Positions 28,694 to 42,403 are shown, counted from the stretch's first letter. The stretch: 64,000 nt of DNA from Cyanophora paradoxa CCMP329 (GCA_004431415.1 QPMI01000561.1:1-64000), one strand, 5' to 3'. Program-made: numbers and translations. Notes: a model not told the origin generated them from the letters alone.

Positions 28694-31600
28694 ATGCGGA
28701 GGAACCTGTCGCCGGCCCCCGCACCACCTCCTGCTGCGGGCCCCTTGACGCCCGCCGCTCCCAAGGGGGCCGTGAACGCCGTGCGACCTAGGCCGCGCCT
28801 AAAGCCCCCCATACCGACCTTCAACACGGCCGCCAAGAAGGAGGCGAAGGGCGCGTCCTCCTACGCGCGCCCATTGCTGCGCGCTTGCCCCTGCTGACGC
28901 CGGATTAGATGTGGTGGAGAAGCCGCCCCCACCGCCGGGCCCCGCGCCCCCGCCGCGCCTCTCGGCACCGGCGCGGCTCCCCAGCGAGCTGCCGGGGCCG
29001 TCGGGCGCTGCGGCGGCCGCCAACACGTCCAAGCGCGACGGCGTCCTCGCGCCGCCGCCGCAGAGGAAGGACGGGCGGGCCGCGCGCGACGTCTCGCCGG
29101 GCGCGGCGATGTCGCCCGTCGTGGCCGTGGCACAGCGAGCGGTGGGCGCCGTGAGCAGCTCGGAGGCCCTGTCGCCCGGCGGGCAGAACGTCACGGTGAG
29201 GCGCAAGACCAGCATCGGCGGCAGCAGCGTGCGCCCGCGCTCGGCGTCCTCCACGCAGCGGGTCAGTCGCGCCGCGCCGCGCCCCTCCCGCGCGCCTCGC
29301 GCCGTGGCGCGCCCCGACGCCCCGCGGCAGACCTTCAACCTGCCGCCGGGCGACGAGATCCCCGTGCCGCGCAAGTGCGTCACGGCGGTCGCGCTGCAGA
29401 ACGCCGGCAAGCTGCGCGACAAGCCGGCCATCGTGCGCCCCCGCCCCGCCCCCGCCCCTCCCCGCCCCGCCCGGCTCGGGCGAGCGAGGGGCCGGGGCCA
29501 GATCGACGCGGGGACGGGCCGGGCGCTCTCCTACGCGGAGCTGGAGCGCTCGGTCAAGCTCGCCGCCCTCGGCCTCAGGAGGTCCCGCCCCGCCCCCGCC
29601 TCCCTCGCCGCCCACGCCCCCGCCTTCGCCCCCGCCGAGCAGCGCCGCGCAGGTTCGGGTACCGCGCCGGCCACGTCTTCGCGTTCCTGGGCGGGGGCGG
29701 GGCCGAGTGGGCGGTCGCCCTGCACGCCGTCGCCCTCATCGGGGGGACGGTCACGCTGGTGCCCCCCAACGCCAACGTCGACGCCGCCGTCGCCCAGGCC
29801 CGCCCCGCCCCGCGCCCCGCCCCGCCCCGCCCCGGGCGGCTGAGGGGCCTCGGGCAGATGCGGGAGGGGGAGGCGGTGGCGGCGTTCGCGACGGAGCCGG
29901 CCTGCGACCTCGCCCTCGACGCCGCCTCCCGCGACGCCCAGGCCCGCCCCGCCCCGCCCCTCTCCGCCGCGACTCCCCCTGCTCGCCTCTCTCTGAGGCG
30001 CGGGGCGGGGGCGCAGATCCAGGACGTCTTCGTCTTCGGGTCGTGCAGCGGGGCCACCCCCTTCGCCGAGGTCCCCCCGCCCCGCGCCGCGCGGCTCCGG
30101 CGCGGGAGGGCGCTGAGGCGGGCCGGGGCCGGGCCGGGGCAGGTGCTGGCGCGCAACCGGCGGGCCTCGCGCATCCGCTCCTCCATGGACGCCTCCGCCA
30201 TGGGCCTCGTCCTCTCCGGCGTCACCGCCTCCGGCTCCGGCCTCGCCGGTCCGCCGCCCGCCCCGCCCGCCCCCGCGCCCCCGCGCCCCCTGAGCCGGCG
30301 GGCAGGGTCGGTGCGGTCGCCGCAGCGGGCGTCGGGGCGGACCTACGGAAGGAGCTGCTGAAGAGCGCCGTCGAAGACGACGAGGCGGAGCTCGCCAAGT
30401 GCGCCCCGCCCCGCCCCGCGCCCCCGCCAGACGCGCGCCCCGACCCGACGCGCGCCCCGCGCAGGTCCTCGAGGAGATGCAGGCGCCCGTCAGCATCTAC
30501 TCCCACCCCCTCCTCCTCCTCTACAGGGTACAGCCCCCTCGTCCCGGCCCGCGGCCGGCGCCCCCGCCGACGCGGCGGGCAGCATCCAGCGGGGGGCGGG
30601 GGCGGGGCGGGGGCGGGGGCGCGGGGGCGGGGTGGCGGCGGCGAGGGCGCTGGGCACGCCGCGCTCGGGGAGCCTCAACGCCGCCGCGGAGTCCTCGCGC
30701 CTCGCCCTCACCCACCACAACGTCGCCGCCTCCCTCGTCCAGCTCGCCGCCGTCCGCCCTCCCCGCTCCCCTCCCTTCCGGAAAGCGGCCCCGCTCGGAT
30801 TCGAACCCGCGCCCCGCAGGCGGAGGACTGGGACGAGTCCGACGTCACGGTGCTCCTCCCCCACGCCTACACCCCCTACCAGCTCATCGTCTCCTACATC
30901 CTCCCCCTCTACCTGGGTACCCCCCGCGTCCCCGGCGCCGCGTACCCCCCCGACCTCACGCCCTCCGCCACGCGCGCCAGGCTCCACCGTCGTGGCGATG
31001 TCCTCGTACAGCGGGCCGCCCTCCCCCTCCCCGCGCTCCGTCACCACGGCGCTCTCCTCGGGGGCCTCGGCCGCGCCCGTGCCGCCGCTCCTCTCGGGCG
31101 CCGGCGCCTCGTCGCCCATCGAGAACGGCGGGGCCGGCTTCGAGGCGTGGCTGGCGCTAGTGACGGAGCACCGGGCGACGCGGGCGGACGTGACGGCGCC
31201 CGTGCTGCTGGCGCTCCTCAAGTCGCCGGCGGTGGACGCGCACCTCGCCACCCTCTCCCGCCTGCGCTCCCTCAACCTGGGGCCCGTCCCCGTCGCCGAG
31301 CCCTTCCAGCGCCTCCTCGCCGTCCGCCTCGGCGCCCACGTCCGCCTGCGCCTCGGCTACGGCTGCTTCGAGGCGCCCCTCACGCACCTCACCTCCCCCG
31401 CCAAGCCCCAGTTCGGCGTCGCCGGCGCCGCGCTGCTCGGCACGGCCTGCCGCGTCGTCGACGAGCGGACGGGCCAGCAGGCGGCCGCCGGCAGGTCGGG
31501 GGCCATCTACGTGCGGGGCCCGCAGGTGGCGCGCCCCGTGCCGCCCCTCCCCGCCCCCGCCGACGAGGAGCCGCCGCCCCTCCTCTGGCTCCCCACCGGC

Positions 31601-32872
31601 GACCACGGCTCCGGTCCGCCTGCCCCTCCCCACGCGTCGCCTCTGCCTTGGGGCTGACGCGCCGCCTCCCGCAGTGGACGAGGAGGGGTGCCTGCGGGTG
31701 TCGGAGCCGCGGCGGGACGTGCTGCACTTCGACGGGCTGCTGCGCGTGCCCCTCGCCCACGTGGAGGCCGTGCTGCTGAGCCACCCCTCCGTCCACGACG
31801 CCGCCGTCGTCCCCGTCCCCGACGAGGAGCACCACCAGGCGCGCCCGGGCCGGCCGGCGGCCACGCGGGGCGGGGGCCCGGGGCGGCTTCTGACGGGGCG
31901 GGCGCAGGTGGCGAAGGCGTACGTGGTGCCGTCGAGCACGCACGCGACGCACGCGAACCTCGCCCAGCTCGAGCTCTTCAACTGGATAAAGGCCCGCCCC
32001 CACGCCCGCCCGCCCGCCCCGCCCGCCCTGAGCTCGCTCTGACGCCCTTACCCTCCTCCGCAGGCGGGGGACCCGGCGTCCAAGGCGGCGGCGGCGGCGT
32101 CGGGCCAGGCGGCGGCCGAGGGGCATGCGGCGGCGGAGAGGGCCGGGGAGGAGAGGGGCGGGGGCGGCCTGAAGCCGGCGAAGTCGATGAAGGGCGGGGG
32201 CAGGACGCCCGGGCGGACGGCGCGGGCGGAGAGCCCGCGCTCCTCGCCCCGCAACGGCGGGCCCGGCATCGCCGTCCACGACGCCCCCGCCTCCGCCCTC
32301 GGCTCCGACTCCCCGCGCCCCCCCGGCATGGACCGCACCGCCGGCGGCGGCGGCGGCGGCGGCGGCGGGCTGGCGGTGGGCGGCGGGGGCCACGCGATCA
32401 GCCACGCGGGGAGGAGCAGCGCCGCGGTGGCGGGACGGCGCGGCCGCACAACCGGGGCATGGCGGACAGCGACGAGGAGGAGGCGGGGCCGGGGCCGGGC
32501 GCCGGGCCGCCGCGGGCGCTGGCGACGCGGCGGGCGAGCCGGAGCACGCCGCAGGGGGCGGACTCGGACGGGCCGGAGGAGAAGGACAGCGGGAGGCTGC
32601 GGGAGCTGCTGAGCCCGTCCGCCCCGCTGGAGGAGGCGCCGCCGGGCCCGGCGACGACGGGGCTCTCGCGGCAGGCGGCGGAGCTCATGGCGCTGGCGCA
32701 GGAGATCAAATCGTACATCGCCGACCGCCTCTCGCCCTACGCGCAGCTCCGCGCCGTCGAGTTCATGCCCCGCCTCCCCAAGTCCCCCTCCGGCCGCACC
32801 CTCCACCGGCGCCTCCTCGAGAAGGAGGACAACGCCTACTCCGACGAGGAGACCGCCGCCCCCGCCTTCTAG
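28694..32872 (+). CDS. 4-coumarate-CoA ligase/luciferase-like AMP-binding protein, multi-exon, degenerate catalytic motifs
   Basis: IDAGTGRALSYAEL, LTHHNV, GYGCFE, IYVRGPQV, WLPTGD, VEAVLLSHPSVHDAAVV, LPKSPSGR. Start approximate. Confidence 0.8.
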
Positions 32873-33201
32873 CCCCGGGGGCCCCGGGGCCCCCCTTCTT
32901 TTTCTAGCGTAGAGCAGCGTACCAGCGTAGTAGCCGTAGCCGCGTATCGTAGCCCGCAGCCAGCGCGTACTAGGAGTCTTTTTTGCCCCTTTGCGTCGCG
33001 CCCGACTCGACTCGACTCGGCGAGGGCGGCGCACAGTATTCACCCCACTCCGCGGCGAGGGCGCTCGGAGGCGGCGAATCGGTGGCGCCCCGGTCCAGCG
33101 ATCGCGCGCCCACGCGATTCTTTGAGTTCCAACGCGTATTCTAGATCTAATGATGTATCCTAAGAAGAGAACTTTCAAGTCCGTGGAGCGGCGACGGGGG
33201 C

Positions 33202-34359
33202 CTAGAGGCAGGTGCCGCCCTCGTTGAGGAGGCAGTTCTCGATGCGGCGCACGGCCTTGAAGATCGCCTGCGGGGCGAGGGCGCGCGCGGGGCGGCGGCC
33301 TCAGAGTCGGGGCGCGCGCGGGCCGGGGGGCCTCGAGCTCGGAGGGCGGGCCGGGGCGCACGGCGTCGGCGTCCTTCTCGAGCTCGCCGGCGCTGCCCTT
33401 GGTGAAGGTCTTGTTCCCGTAGTCGCTCTTCAGCCGCGTCCAGAAGGACTGCGGCAGCAGCAGCTGCACCTCCTGCCCCACGTTGAAGCTGGCCCCGCCC
33501 GCCCGCCTCAGGGCGGGCGCCGGGGCGGGGACGGGGCGGGGCGGGGGCACTTGAGGCGGTTGGGGAAGGTGTCGTCCACCACCATCACGATCGAGCTGTC
33601 GTCCAGGCCCCAGAACTGCCCCCCCCGCCCCGCGCGGCGTCGGCCGAGTCCCGCCGAGGCGCGCGCGGGGCGGGGCACGGGCCGGGCCGGCGCGCACCTC
33701 CTTGATGCTCTCGCCGGGCGTCTCAGGATACGACTGGGTCAGCACGCGTATCTTGAATCCCTTGGCGTCAAGCTCCGTCAGCTGCGCCGCTAGCTTGCGC
33801 TCCTGCGCCGGCTGCGCGCGCATTCGAGCTCAGCCAGCGGCCGGGCCGCGGCTCGCGACGGCGCCGACGGGAGGCAGAAGCGGCGCGCACGCTGAGGTAG
33901 TCCATAAGATCGATCTGCCGAGCGGAGGCGGGGGCGTTAGAGTTCGCTGGCGGCGTTGCGCGTTCCCGAAGCACGTGCGGCGGGGCTTCAAGAAGCGGGC
34001 GCGACGCACTACTGGCGTTTTCTCCTTCGGGAGCAGATCCGGGCGGTTGACAGCGAACACCGGCGCCGCCGGGATTAGCGCCGCGGCCAAGGCGGCAGCG
34101 GCGACCCACGAGCGAGCGGCGGTGACGAACGAGCGGCCTGCCAGAGGCGGGTCAGAATCGATTGCCAGCTCGATTCAAACACCAGGCGCGCACTCGCAGC
34201 CGGGGCGCTGGGGCCGTCCGCCGAAGCGCAGGTTGGACCCACACCGGCTGGCGCGGCCTGGCGGGCCTGGCGGCACAGGCGCTCTTGTGCCAGCGAGCTC
34301 GAGCCGCTGGAGGCGAGCTGCCTAGCGCCGACGACCGGAGTGATCGAGAACGCGTGCAT
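33202..34359 (-). CDS. Thylakoid lumenal 15.0 kDa protein 2-like (TPM-related), bipartite plastid targeting
   Basis: Exons NRPDLLPKEKTPV, IDLMDYLS, GFKIRVLTQSYPETPG, FWGLDDSSIV, FNVG..LPQSFWTRL..YGN; N-terminus MHAF plus hydrophobic AxA lumen signal. Confidence 0.85.
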
Positions 34360-34414
34360 CGTGGCTGGCCAGGCCTGGTCTCTCTGAGGGGGTAGTCGAA
34401 TACAGAAGCCACGG

Positions 34415-35301
34415 ATGATCCTCCGATCCGGGCTTGGGATCGGTCGGCTGTGCAAGCCCGCTGGAATCCCGCAGAGCCAGGCTTCCACGCTCGCAAGACC
34501 GGTGTGCACGTGTCTCCGGCATCGCAGCGCCGCCGCCACTGAGCGCGCCGCGACCAGATCGTTCGGCACGTCCGCGTAAGCACGCAGAGTGACGGCAATA
34601 CATGTAACGTTGCAGTGGTGCGCGCGGGAACTTTCCCTTCAACATCAGCGTGCAGATCGGCTGATCGGCTGACCACCCAGTGCGCGCGCAGCCTGGTACA
34701 TCCGGATTCAAGGTGAACAAGGAGACACCATGCGCCCTGGACTACGCGCTAGGTGGGCCAGCGCTCCCTCTCCCCCTGCTAGGTGCCAGCGCTTCGGCAG
34801 GGGCCCTGGCCGCGTGCGAACAAAGCACGGCGCTGGATCTCGCACGGCAGCGGAACATCAACATTCGAAGCATGAATTTTGACATGGAGGCAACGGCGCG
34901 CCCGTTCAGCTGATGCGCCGGCGCTAGAGCGTCGCTGACTCTGCGCGCCTCGGCAGCTCGACGTAAGAGGCTACAGAGGTGTCCCGGGCGTCCCCTCGCA
35001 GTTCCAGGTGCGCCGCCGCTGCCTGCGGTCGCTCGGAGCGCCCCAGCTTGATCATGAGGCGGGGCGGGGCCAGACGCTCCGCTCGACGGTGCTGATCGAC
35101 GCGGACGCGACGGAGGAGCAGCTCCGCGAGCTGAAGGAGCTCGTCTCCGAGCGCTGCCCCCTCCACGCCCTCTTCAGGGGTCCGCCCCCCGCGTCCCGCT
35201 CCGCGTCCCCCGACCAGGCTCACTCCGGGGCAGCCGCCGGCGTCAAGATGAGCGTCGCCTACTGCTTGCTCCCACGCCCGAAGGCGGAGAGGCCGCCCTG
35301 A
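34415..35301 (+). CDS. OsmC/Ohr family protein, multi-exon
   Basis: LGALAACE after splicing, DADATEEQLRELKELVSERCPLH (two conserved Cys). Start inferred. Confidence 0.75.
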
Positions 35302-35663
35302 TCGGCTCGGCGGACTTCCTCCCCACGTGTGAGAGCCCGAGCCCTCCCCTGCTCACGGCGCGTTCCGCACCACGATCGGTCCAGCAGCAGCCCTCGCCAG
35401 CCATCTGATTTCGACTTTTCAATCTCAATTTTAAGCTCTAGATATAGTCCCTGCTTCAAGCTGCTTGCCCCCATGGCCAATCCTTCAATTTCGGAAGCCA
35501 GCCAGGCTGAGTCAGCTAGAGCTCGGCGCCGGCGCCCCATTCGGTCCAGAGGTAGCAGCGTTTCGACAGCGAGCGACAATCAAAATTGTTGTAATATACA
35601 GATTGAGTTCTGAGTTGTATGTGGACCTGTGCTAGCCTAGCTAATGTACAATGAAGCTGAAGA

Positions 35664-36228
35664 TCAGGGCGCGCTGTCCTTGCTGGGTCGCGCGGGGCTT
35701 GCGCCGGTGAGAGGGATCTCGCGCATCTCTTTGCGCATGCAGAAGAACTCGCCCAGGACGGACATGATGATGCAGGAGAGGATCATCGCGATCCACCACT
35801 CCCACGCCTTCGGAAAGCCGCCGTAGATCCACGTCGCCACGAAGTGGATGAGGTGAAGCGTGAGGGTAAAGTCAAGGCACTTCTTCGACCGCTCCACGAA
35901 GACCCGGAGCGCCCAGGCGCTGCGCCGCGGTCGCCGGTCAAACCACATCAGCGGGTCGACGCTCTGCGGGGGCCGCGCGAGCGTGCCCCACAACGGAAGC
36001 GCACCTAGCTAAGGAAGCAATGACGAAGATGATGCACGCGAGCCAGCCACGCCCGTCTGTGAATCGAATGGAGCTGTACGAAAAGAGCTGCTGGAGACCG
36101 AACTCGTAGCCGAAGATGGCATCGAACCCGAAGAAGAGGACGCTAAGCGCCGCGTAGTACGAGAACTGCATGAGCGCGATCTGCCTCAGGATGAGCCGCG
36201 GCTCCCATCGCTCGGCGCCGTAGAACAT
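35664..36228 (-). CDS. SYS1: SYS1 Golgi trafficking membrane protein, 2 exons
   Basis: WEPRLILRQIALMQ..YY, VERSKKCLDF..TLH..H, WW, LGEFFCMRKEMREIP. Confidence 0.9.
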
Positions 36229-36381
36229 CACCGCGGCCTCCGACCACGAAGCAAGCTACGTTAGCAGGCGGCTGGCGCGGCGGCTGCGTGGGCGGCTGCT
36301 GGGCGGCGGACGCCGGCGGTTTCCAGGAGGGTACGCAGCTCGAGTTGCTGGGTACAATCGCGCTCGGCTGAAAGTCGCAAA

Positions 36382-36652
36382 ATGAGCTTCCTGGTTCGCG
36401 CCCTCGCCAAGGACAACGTGGTGCGTGCAGGCTTTGCCACCTCCCGAATCGCCCTGCCGCCCGAGCGATTCGCGTCCGCGCGGGCGGCCTAGCGACAGTC
36501 TGGCGCGTTCTTTCAGCGCCCCTGACGTCCTGCAGGTCACCCTGTGCTTCATTGTCGGTGGCATCGGCTGCCTCTTGCCCGTCTTTGCCCAGCCCAAGGC
36601 GGTCGGCCAGAAGGGCTACGAACCCGTCCCGCGGCCCACCGCCCAGCAATAG
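36382..36652 (+). CDS. Small single-TM protein, possibly complex I accessory subunit (NDUFA3/B9-like)
   Basis: MSFLVRALAKDNV, intron, then VTLCFIVGGIGCLLPVF; about 50 aa. Confidence 0.35.
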
Positions 36653-37290
36653 CTTCGCTCCAGCCGCGCGCTTTGCGCCGCCTCCCCAGCGGCCCGTCAT
36701 TGCACCCATCGCGCCTCCGCCCTGCGCCGTGGCGGCTCTGTTCATGAGCATTGTACAATAACAGGGTATCTTGTTTAGCTGCATCAACATCCAGTCGCGA
36801 TGCGCCGCCGGAGCCGCGCCCGGGGTTGCCGACCTCCGACCGTCGCGCCTCTGCTGGACGGGGCCCGACGCCGCGCGCACGCGGCTGGGATCCCCGCCGC
36901 TGCGGCAACTGCGGGTCTCATTCGCGCAGACTGGCCTGGCGAAAGGCTTCACAGCATGGGCGACCGTGCGCTCCGCATCGACCGCTGGCTCTGGGCGGTG
37001 CACGGCCAGTGAGTTCCTCTAGTTCACCCCGAATTGCACGATGCCCTCTCAACGCGCGCCGGTCGGACTGCGGGCGTCCTTTCCTGGCTATCCTAGCGCC
37101 GCATCTGGTCTTAACATCCGAGGCTCCAGCTGGACGCGCTATAAGCCTCGAGCCTCTGCGCGCGGCACATAGCTAGTGCATGCATTATGAACAAATGCTC
37201 TAGGCCGAGGAGAAGATGAGAGGGGGGGGGGGGGGGGGGGGGGGGGCGCGGGGAGGAAGAGGGCGACATGTACAGCTGCAGCTTCCCCTG

Positions 37291-37930
37291 CTATGCTAAC
37301 CGCATGGCGAACTTCTTGTCGCCGGAGGTCGCCACGGGGACGCCACAGTGGTCGTGGTCGAGGTCACCCGCCCGCCCCGTCGGGACCTGCAGCACCGTGA
37401 CCTGCGCACCGCCGGCCTGAGCGGCGGGCCGGGCCGGGCCGGGCGCCAGGGAGCGCCCGGGGCGGGGTCGGGCCTTGAGCGTGCTTGCGATGCACACGCC
37501 GAGGAGTATCGCGAAGACGTAAAAGAGATCCACCATCATCGCCTGCCCGCGGTCGCCGCGGTGAGAACCCGGCAGGGAAAGCGCGGCGCTCACGGGCCGG
37601 GGCCTGGGCCGGGCTGACCTGCATGTTGATGACCTGGGCATGAGAGCAGCGCGGTCAGTTGGGCTCGAAAAGCAATATGCGCTCTAGATTATAGAAGCTG
37701 TCTGCCGTGAGCGGCGCTGCCGCGCGGCAGTGCTGTCCGAAGTCGAAGCGCCGCCGGCTCCGATCCGAACGCCGGCGGCGCCGTGCGGCGGAGCGAGGAC
37801 GCACGTGCGGGATCACATAGGCCATGTCGAACAGGACGGTCCCAGAGCGGAAGCCGGCGCTCGTCTTGTCGAGGGCGGCGAGCTCGGTCGTTAGGCGGAG
37901 CCGCTTCACCAGGAACTCCGCGATCTGACG
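37291..37930 (-). CDS. Hypothetical multi-exon membrane protein (5' end unresolved)
   Basis: Protein-like exons including TM segment LFYVFAILLGVCIASTLK, with typical host introns. Confidence 0.4.
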
Positions 37931-38403
37931 GGGCTGCGGTCAGCAAGCAGCTGCGGCGTGCTGAGTGCGGGGCGACAGCAGTGCCTGGACGAGAACGGTG
38001 AACACAGCGAATCCGTAGTAGAAGGCCTGTGGTCAACGCGGTCAGCAGCGAGCGCGGCTCGGGACCGGCTCGAACGCTTGAACACGCACATTGCTGTCCA
38101 GAGAGTAGCCGAAATACGTCGCGCTCTTGGGGCCGAATGCTGCGGCGGGTCGAGGCGATGTCAGCAGGCCGCCGCCCGTGCCGCGCTCATCCAACGAGAC
38201 GCGCACCGAAGAACGAGGACACTGCGCCTTGTTGCGAGTGCGGGCACATTTGGGTGAAATTGATCCAGGCGACTCGCACGTATCCCCCCCTGGCAGCCGC
38301 AGCTGAGCCGAGCCGCCACTGAGCCGCGACTGAGCCGCCGCCGCACCCTCGAGCATGCGCAGTTCATCGAACGCGCGCGGCCGCGGGCCTCTCGAGCGCT
38401 GAG

Positions 38404-41400
38404 ATGTCGTCGGCACTGGACGAAGCGGCCGCTGCTGCTGCTGCCGCGGCGGCCACGGACTGGGTCGTCGTGTCCGGCGGCAGTGAGCTCGACGTGTGGA
38501 GCGCCGCGAGCCTCGAGGGCGCCCGCACTGCGTTTGTGGAGGCTGAGTTCGATGCGACGATAAGCGCGCTCGTCTCCTTGGCCATGGGCGCCTCGTCCTC
38601 CACGAGCGAGGCCGGTTTCTTCGCGGCAGCGTCCGAGCTGCGCCAGCTCAAAGCCCACGTCGTGCGCGCGGGCCGCGCATGCGCAGCGCTCTGCATCCGC
38701 CGGGAGCTCATGCGGTCGCCGCAGATGACCCTCACGCGCACTCTGGATGCAAGCGCCGCGAGGTCCGATTTGGGCCGAAACACGCGCGCTCTCCCTTCAG
38801 GGCCTTCACCCCCTCACGCCGCCTCGCAGCCCGAGGCGGCGGCGCGACGGGCGGCACCTCGGGAACGACGGCTTTGTCTCTGTGCTGACGCTGTGCATCA
38901 GCATGGCGCGTCGGATGAGAGCGGTATGGCAGTTTTGTTTCAGGAGTTTGTAGTTCTGGAGCCCTCGGCCCGCGACGTTGCGGGCAGGCGGCGGAGCAGC
39001 TGGCCGAGAAGCGGCGGGGGATGATGCGGATCATGCTCGCGCTGGAGGAGAAGAAATTGGCGCGGCGCATCGGCACGTACCGCGAGCAGCTCGGGGTCTT
39101 CGTCCAGGCGCGCCGGCCCGATCCCGCACCCGACCCGCCCCTCGAACGCCCTCCAACGCGGCCCGCCGGCAGATGGCCGAGTGCGCGGGGATCATCGCGC
39201 GGGACGCGGGCCAGGGCGGTCTCTTCCTCGCCGAGGCGCGCGGCCCGTACCCCTCCCCGCGCCCCGTACCCCCCCCTGAGGCCGGCCGCCGGCGGCAGGA
39301 GAAGAAGCGGGAGCACGACATGCTCTCGCGCGTCGCGCGCATCTCCACGATCCCCTTCTTCGGCGAGGCGTTCGGCCTCCAGGCGCGCCCCCGGAACTCC
39401 GGGGAGGCTCTGGCCGGCTTGGGCTCATCCCCGTACCCCCCCTCGCAGTACGAGCCGCCCTTCCGCACGTTTCTTCGCGTCATCTTCCTCGCCTGCGCCT
39501 CCATGTTTGCTTGTCCCCCCGCAAACCTCCCGCAACCCTCACGCTCCCCAGATCGAGGACTGTACCCCTGGCGGGATCCATGCCCCTCGCGTCGGCGGCT
39601 GCCGTAGCGGCTGCCGCGGAGAGCGTCGACCCACCTCCGTGCGACCCAAGCTCGAGCCGCGCCGCGCCGCCGCGCCCCTCCTCCCTCCCCTGACGCGGCG
39701 GCAGGCCGGCCCCCGCGCGCTCCTCGAACCTCTTCACCTCGCTGTTCCAGCGCGTCTCGAACGACCTGGTGAGCGGGTGCCGTGCGCCTCGGGGCGCGCC
39801 CCGTGCGATGGGCGCCGCAGCTCGGCCCGAGGATCGACCTGCTGCAGAGCACCAAAGCCGTCATGCACGGTGCGCTGCCCGGCCGCGCCCCCAATCCCGT
39901 GCGCGTACCCCCGGCGAGATCCCCCGCACAGGCGCCCTCTTCAACATCTTCCCAGAGCAGGCGGCCGCCCAGGTGCATCCCACCCCGCGCTCCCGTACCC
40001 CTCGAGCCCCTGAATCCGTACCCCAGTTCGAGGAGGCGAAGGCCCGCGCCGACGTTGCTTTCATCCGAACGGTGCGGCGGGCCGATACTTACTCCCCCCC
40101 CGCCCCCCCCGGCTCCTCGAACGCGTACCCCAGTTCTGGAACATTACGGAGATGCCGCTCGTCCGCACCCTCTCCAAGCTGCCGCTCGTCCAGCTCGCGT
40201 GGTACCCCCCTCCGCCCCTGCCGCACCCCCGGGGCCGCCGGGCGCGATGGCGGGGTGCGCAGCATCGACTCGTTCTGCATCCGCCCGGGGCCCCTGCGGA
40301 TCTGGGTCCGCGGCAGCGATGAGGAGCTCGTCCTCCAGCCGCCCTCCCTGCCCCCCTCCGTCGTCGCCGACGCCTCCGGTACCCCCCGGGCTCCCGGGCC
40401 CCCGGGGCCGCGATCGGCCACGGGGGCGCCTTTTTAACCCCGCCGCCAGGCGAGCCGATGCCGATCCGGGCGCTGTACCTGTGCGCGAACCCGCGCACCG
40501 CCCTCCTCCCCTCCGCCGCCCTCCTCGCCCCCTGCGCCTACCCCCCGCCCGCCCCGCCCGCCGTCCCCGTACCCCTCGGCGCCGTCGAGCTGCAGCCGAT
40601 GGGCCGCTCCCTCGGGACCGAGCTCAGCCCCCTCCCCTCCCGCCCCGCGTACCCGGACGACGACGAGGGCGCCGAACCCGTACCCCCCACGGTGGCCGTG
40701 GAGGGGGAGGACGAGTGGGAGGAGGTCGTCGCGGTGGCCCCCGCGCCCCCGGGCCCCGGCTCGCCGCGCCCGCGGCCCCGCACCCCGCCCCCGGACCTCC
40801 ACCGCCACCCCCCCGCCTCCCAGCAACACGTACCCCCCTCCACGCTGGCGGCGCTCGACCTGGAGGGGGCGACCCCGAGGCCGACGAGGCCCCGCCCCGT
40901 TCGCGGGGCACGGGCCGGCGCACCTCCCCCGCCCCCGCACCACGCCCACGCGGCGCGGCCGCCCCCGCGCGTGCAGTCGCTGCGGGGCTCGGCGCCGGCG
41001 GGGCCGGGGCAGCTCAGCGCCGGCCTCATCGTGCACCTCCACGGCGGCGGCTTCGTCGCCCAGACCTCCTGCTCCCACGAGGCCCGCCCCGCCCCGGCCC
41101 GGCCCCCCCCCGCCCCCCTCCTCTCCTCCCTTACGCCGCCGCAGGGCTACCTGCGGGAGTGGGCGAAGGACACCGACGCGCCGATCGTCTCCGTGCGCCC
41201 CCCTCCCCCGGCCCCGCTCCCGCACGGCGCACCCCTCCCGCGACGCCCCGGCCGCGCAGATCGACTACCGGCTGGCCCCCGAGCACCCCTTCCCCGTGCC
41301 CTTCGAGGAGGCGCCCCGCTCGCTCCCTCCCCGCGCCCCAACGCCCCCGCAAGCTGACAGAGGCCCCGCCAGTGCTACTACGCCTACACGTGGGCCCTCC

Positions 41401-42403
41401 AGAACTGCCGCCTCCTCGGTACCCCTGCTCCCCTCATTCTCGTCCCGCCCGTGATTTCCTGCACCCGCAGGATCGACGGGGGAGCGCGTGGCGCTGGTGG
41501 GCGACTCGGCGGGGGGTAACCTCGCCGCCGCCATCGCCCTCCGGGTCGGCGTACCCCGCCCGGACCGCTTCCCGCCCTCTTACCCGCGCCCGCGCCCAGT
41601 GCGCCCAGGAGGGCACGCGGGGGCCGGACGGTCTTGTGCTCGTGTACCCCGCCCTGTACCTCTCGGACGCTGTCCGTATACCCCCTCCCCGATCCGCGCG
41701 CCGGCTCTGACGGGGGCGGCAGCCCTCCCCCTCGCGCCTGCTCTCCGTTATCGACCCCATGATCCCCACCAGCTTCCTCGTACCCCCCTCGCCCTCGCGC
41801 GCCCGCCCGTACCCCGCGCCAATCTCGTACCCCCGCAGCTGCGCTGCCTGCACTCCTACGTGCCCCCCGGGGTCGACCCCCTCTCCTCCCCCTTCCTCTC
41901 CCCCGCCGGTCAGGCGCCTTCCCCCCTAGCCTCTTCCCCCCTCTCACTTCGCACCCCTCCAGTCGCCCCCGACGAGCTTCTCGCGAAGCTGCCTCCCGTC
42001 TACGTCACCGCCGGTACCCCCCGTCCCGCGCGGACCCGGACCCGTTCCCCCACCCACTCCGGGGTACAGGCACGCTCGACCCTCTGCTGGACGATGCCGT
42101 ATATTTTGTCCGCCGGCTGCGGGCCCTTTCCCGCAAGGTCTGCTGCCACCGTACCCCTCCCAATCCCCTCCGTTTCGACCCTGTACCCCCGCAGGTCCGC
42201 TTCAAGATCTGGTACGGCTTTCCGCACGGGTTCGTGCGCGGGCCGCGGCGCTCGCTCCGCCCCTCCCGGGCGCCTGCTGAGCCGCTGGGCCGGGTGGCAG
42301 CTTCCTGAACATGGGCCTGGCGGTGCCGGCGACGCGGGCGGCGATCAAGCAGTGCTCGTATTGGCTCAAGGAGGTCCTCCGCGTCCACATCCGCCTCCCG
42401 TAG
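38404..42403 (+). CDS. Hormone-sensitive lipase-like alpha/beta hydrolase, multi-exon
   Basis: HLHGGGF, YLREWA, DYRLAPEHPFP, GDSAGGNL, DPLLDD, PHGF; HSL N-terminal-like FFGEAFGLQ. Start uncertain. Confidence 0.9.

Noticed and set aside
37221-37246. Poly-G runs here and near 61108
   Set aside because: Simple homopolymers of unreliable length with no evidence of function.
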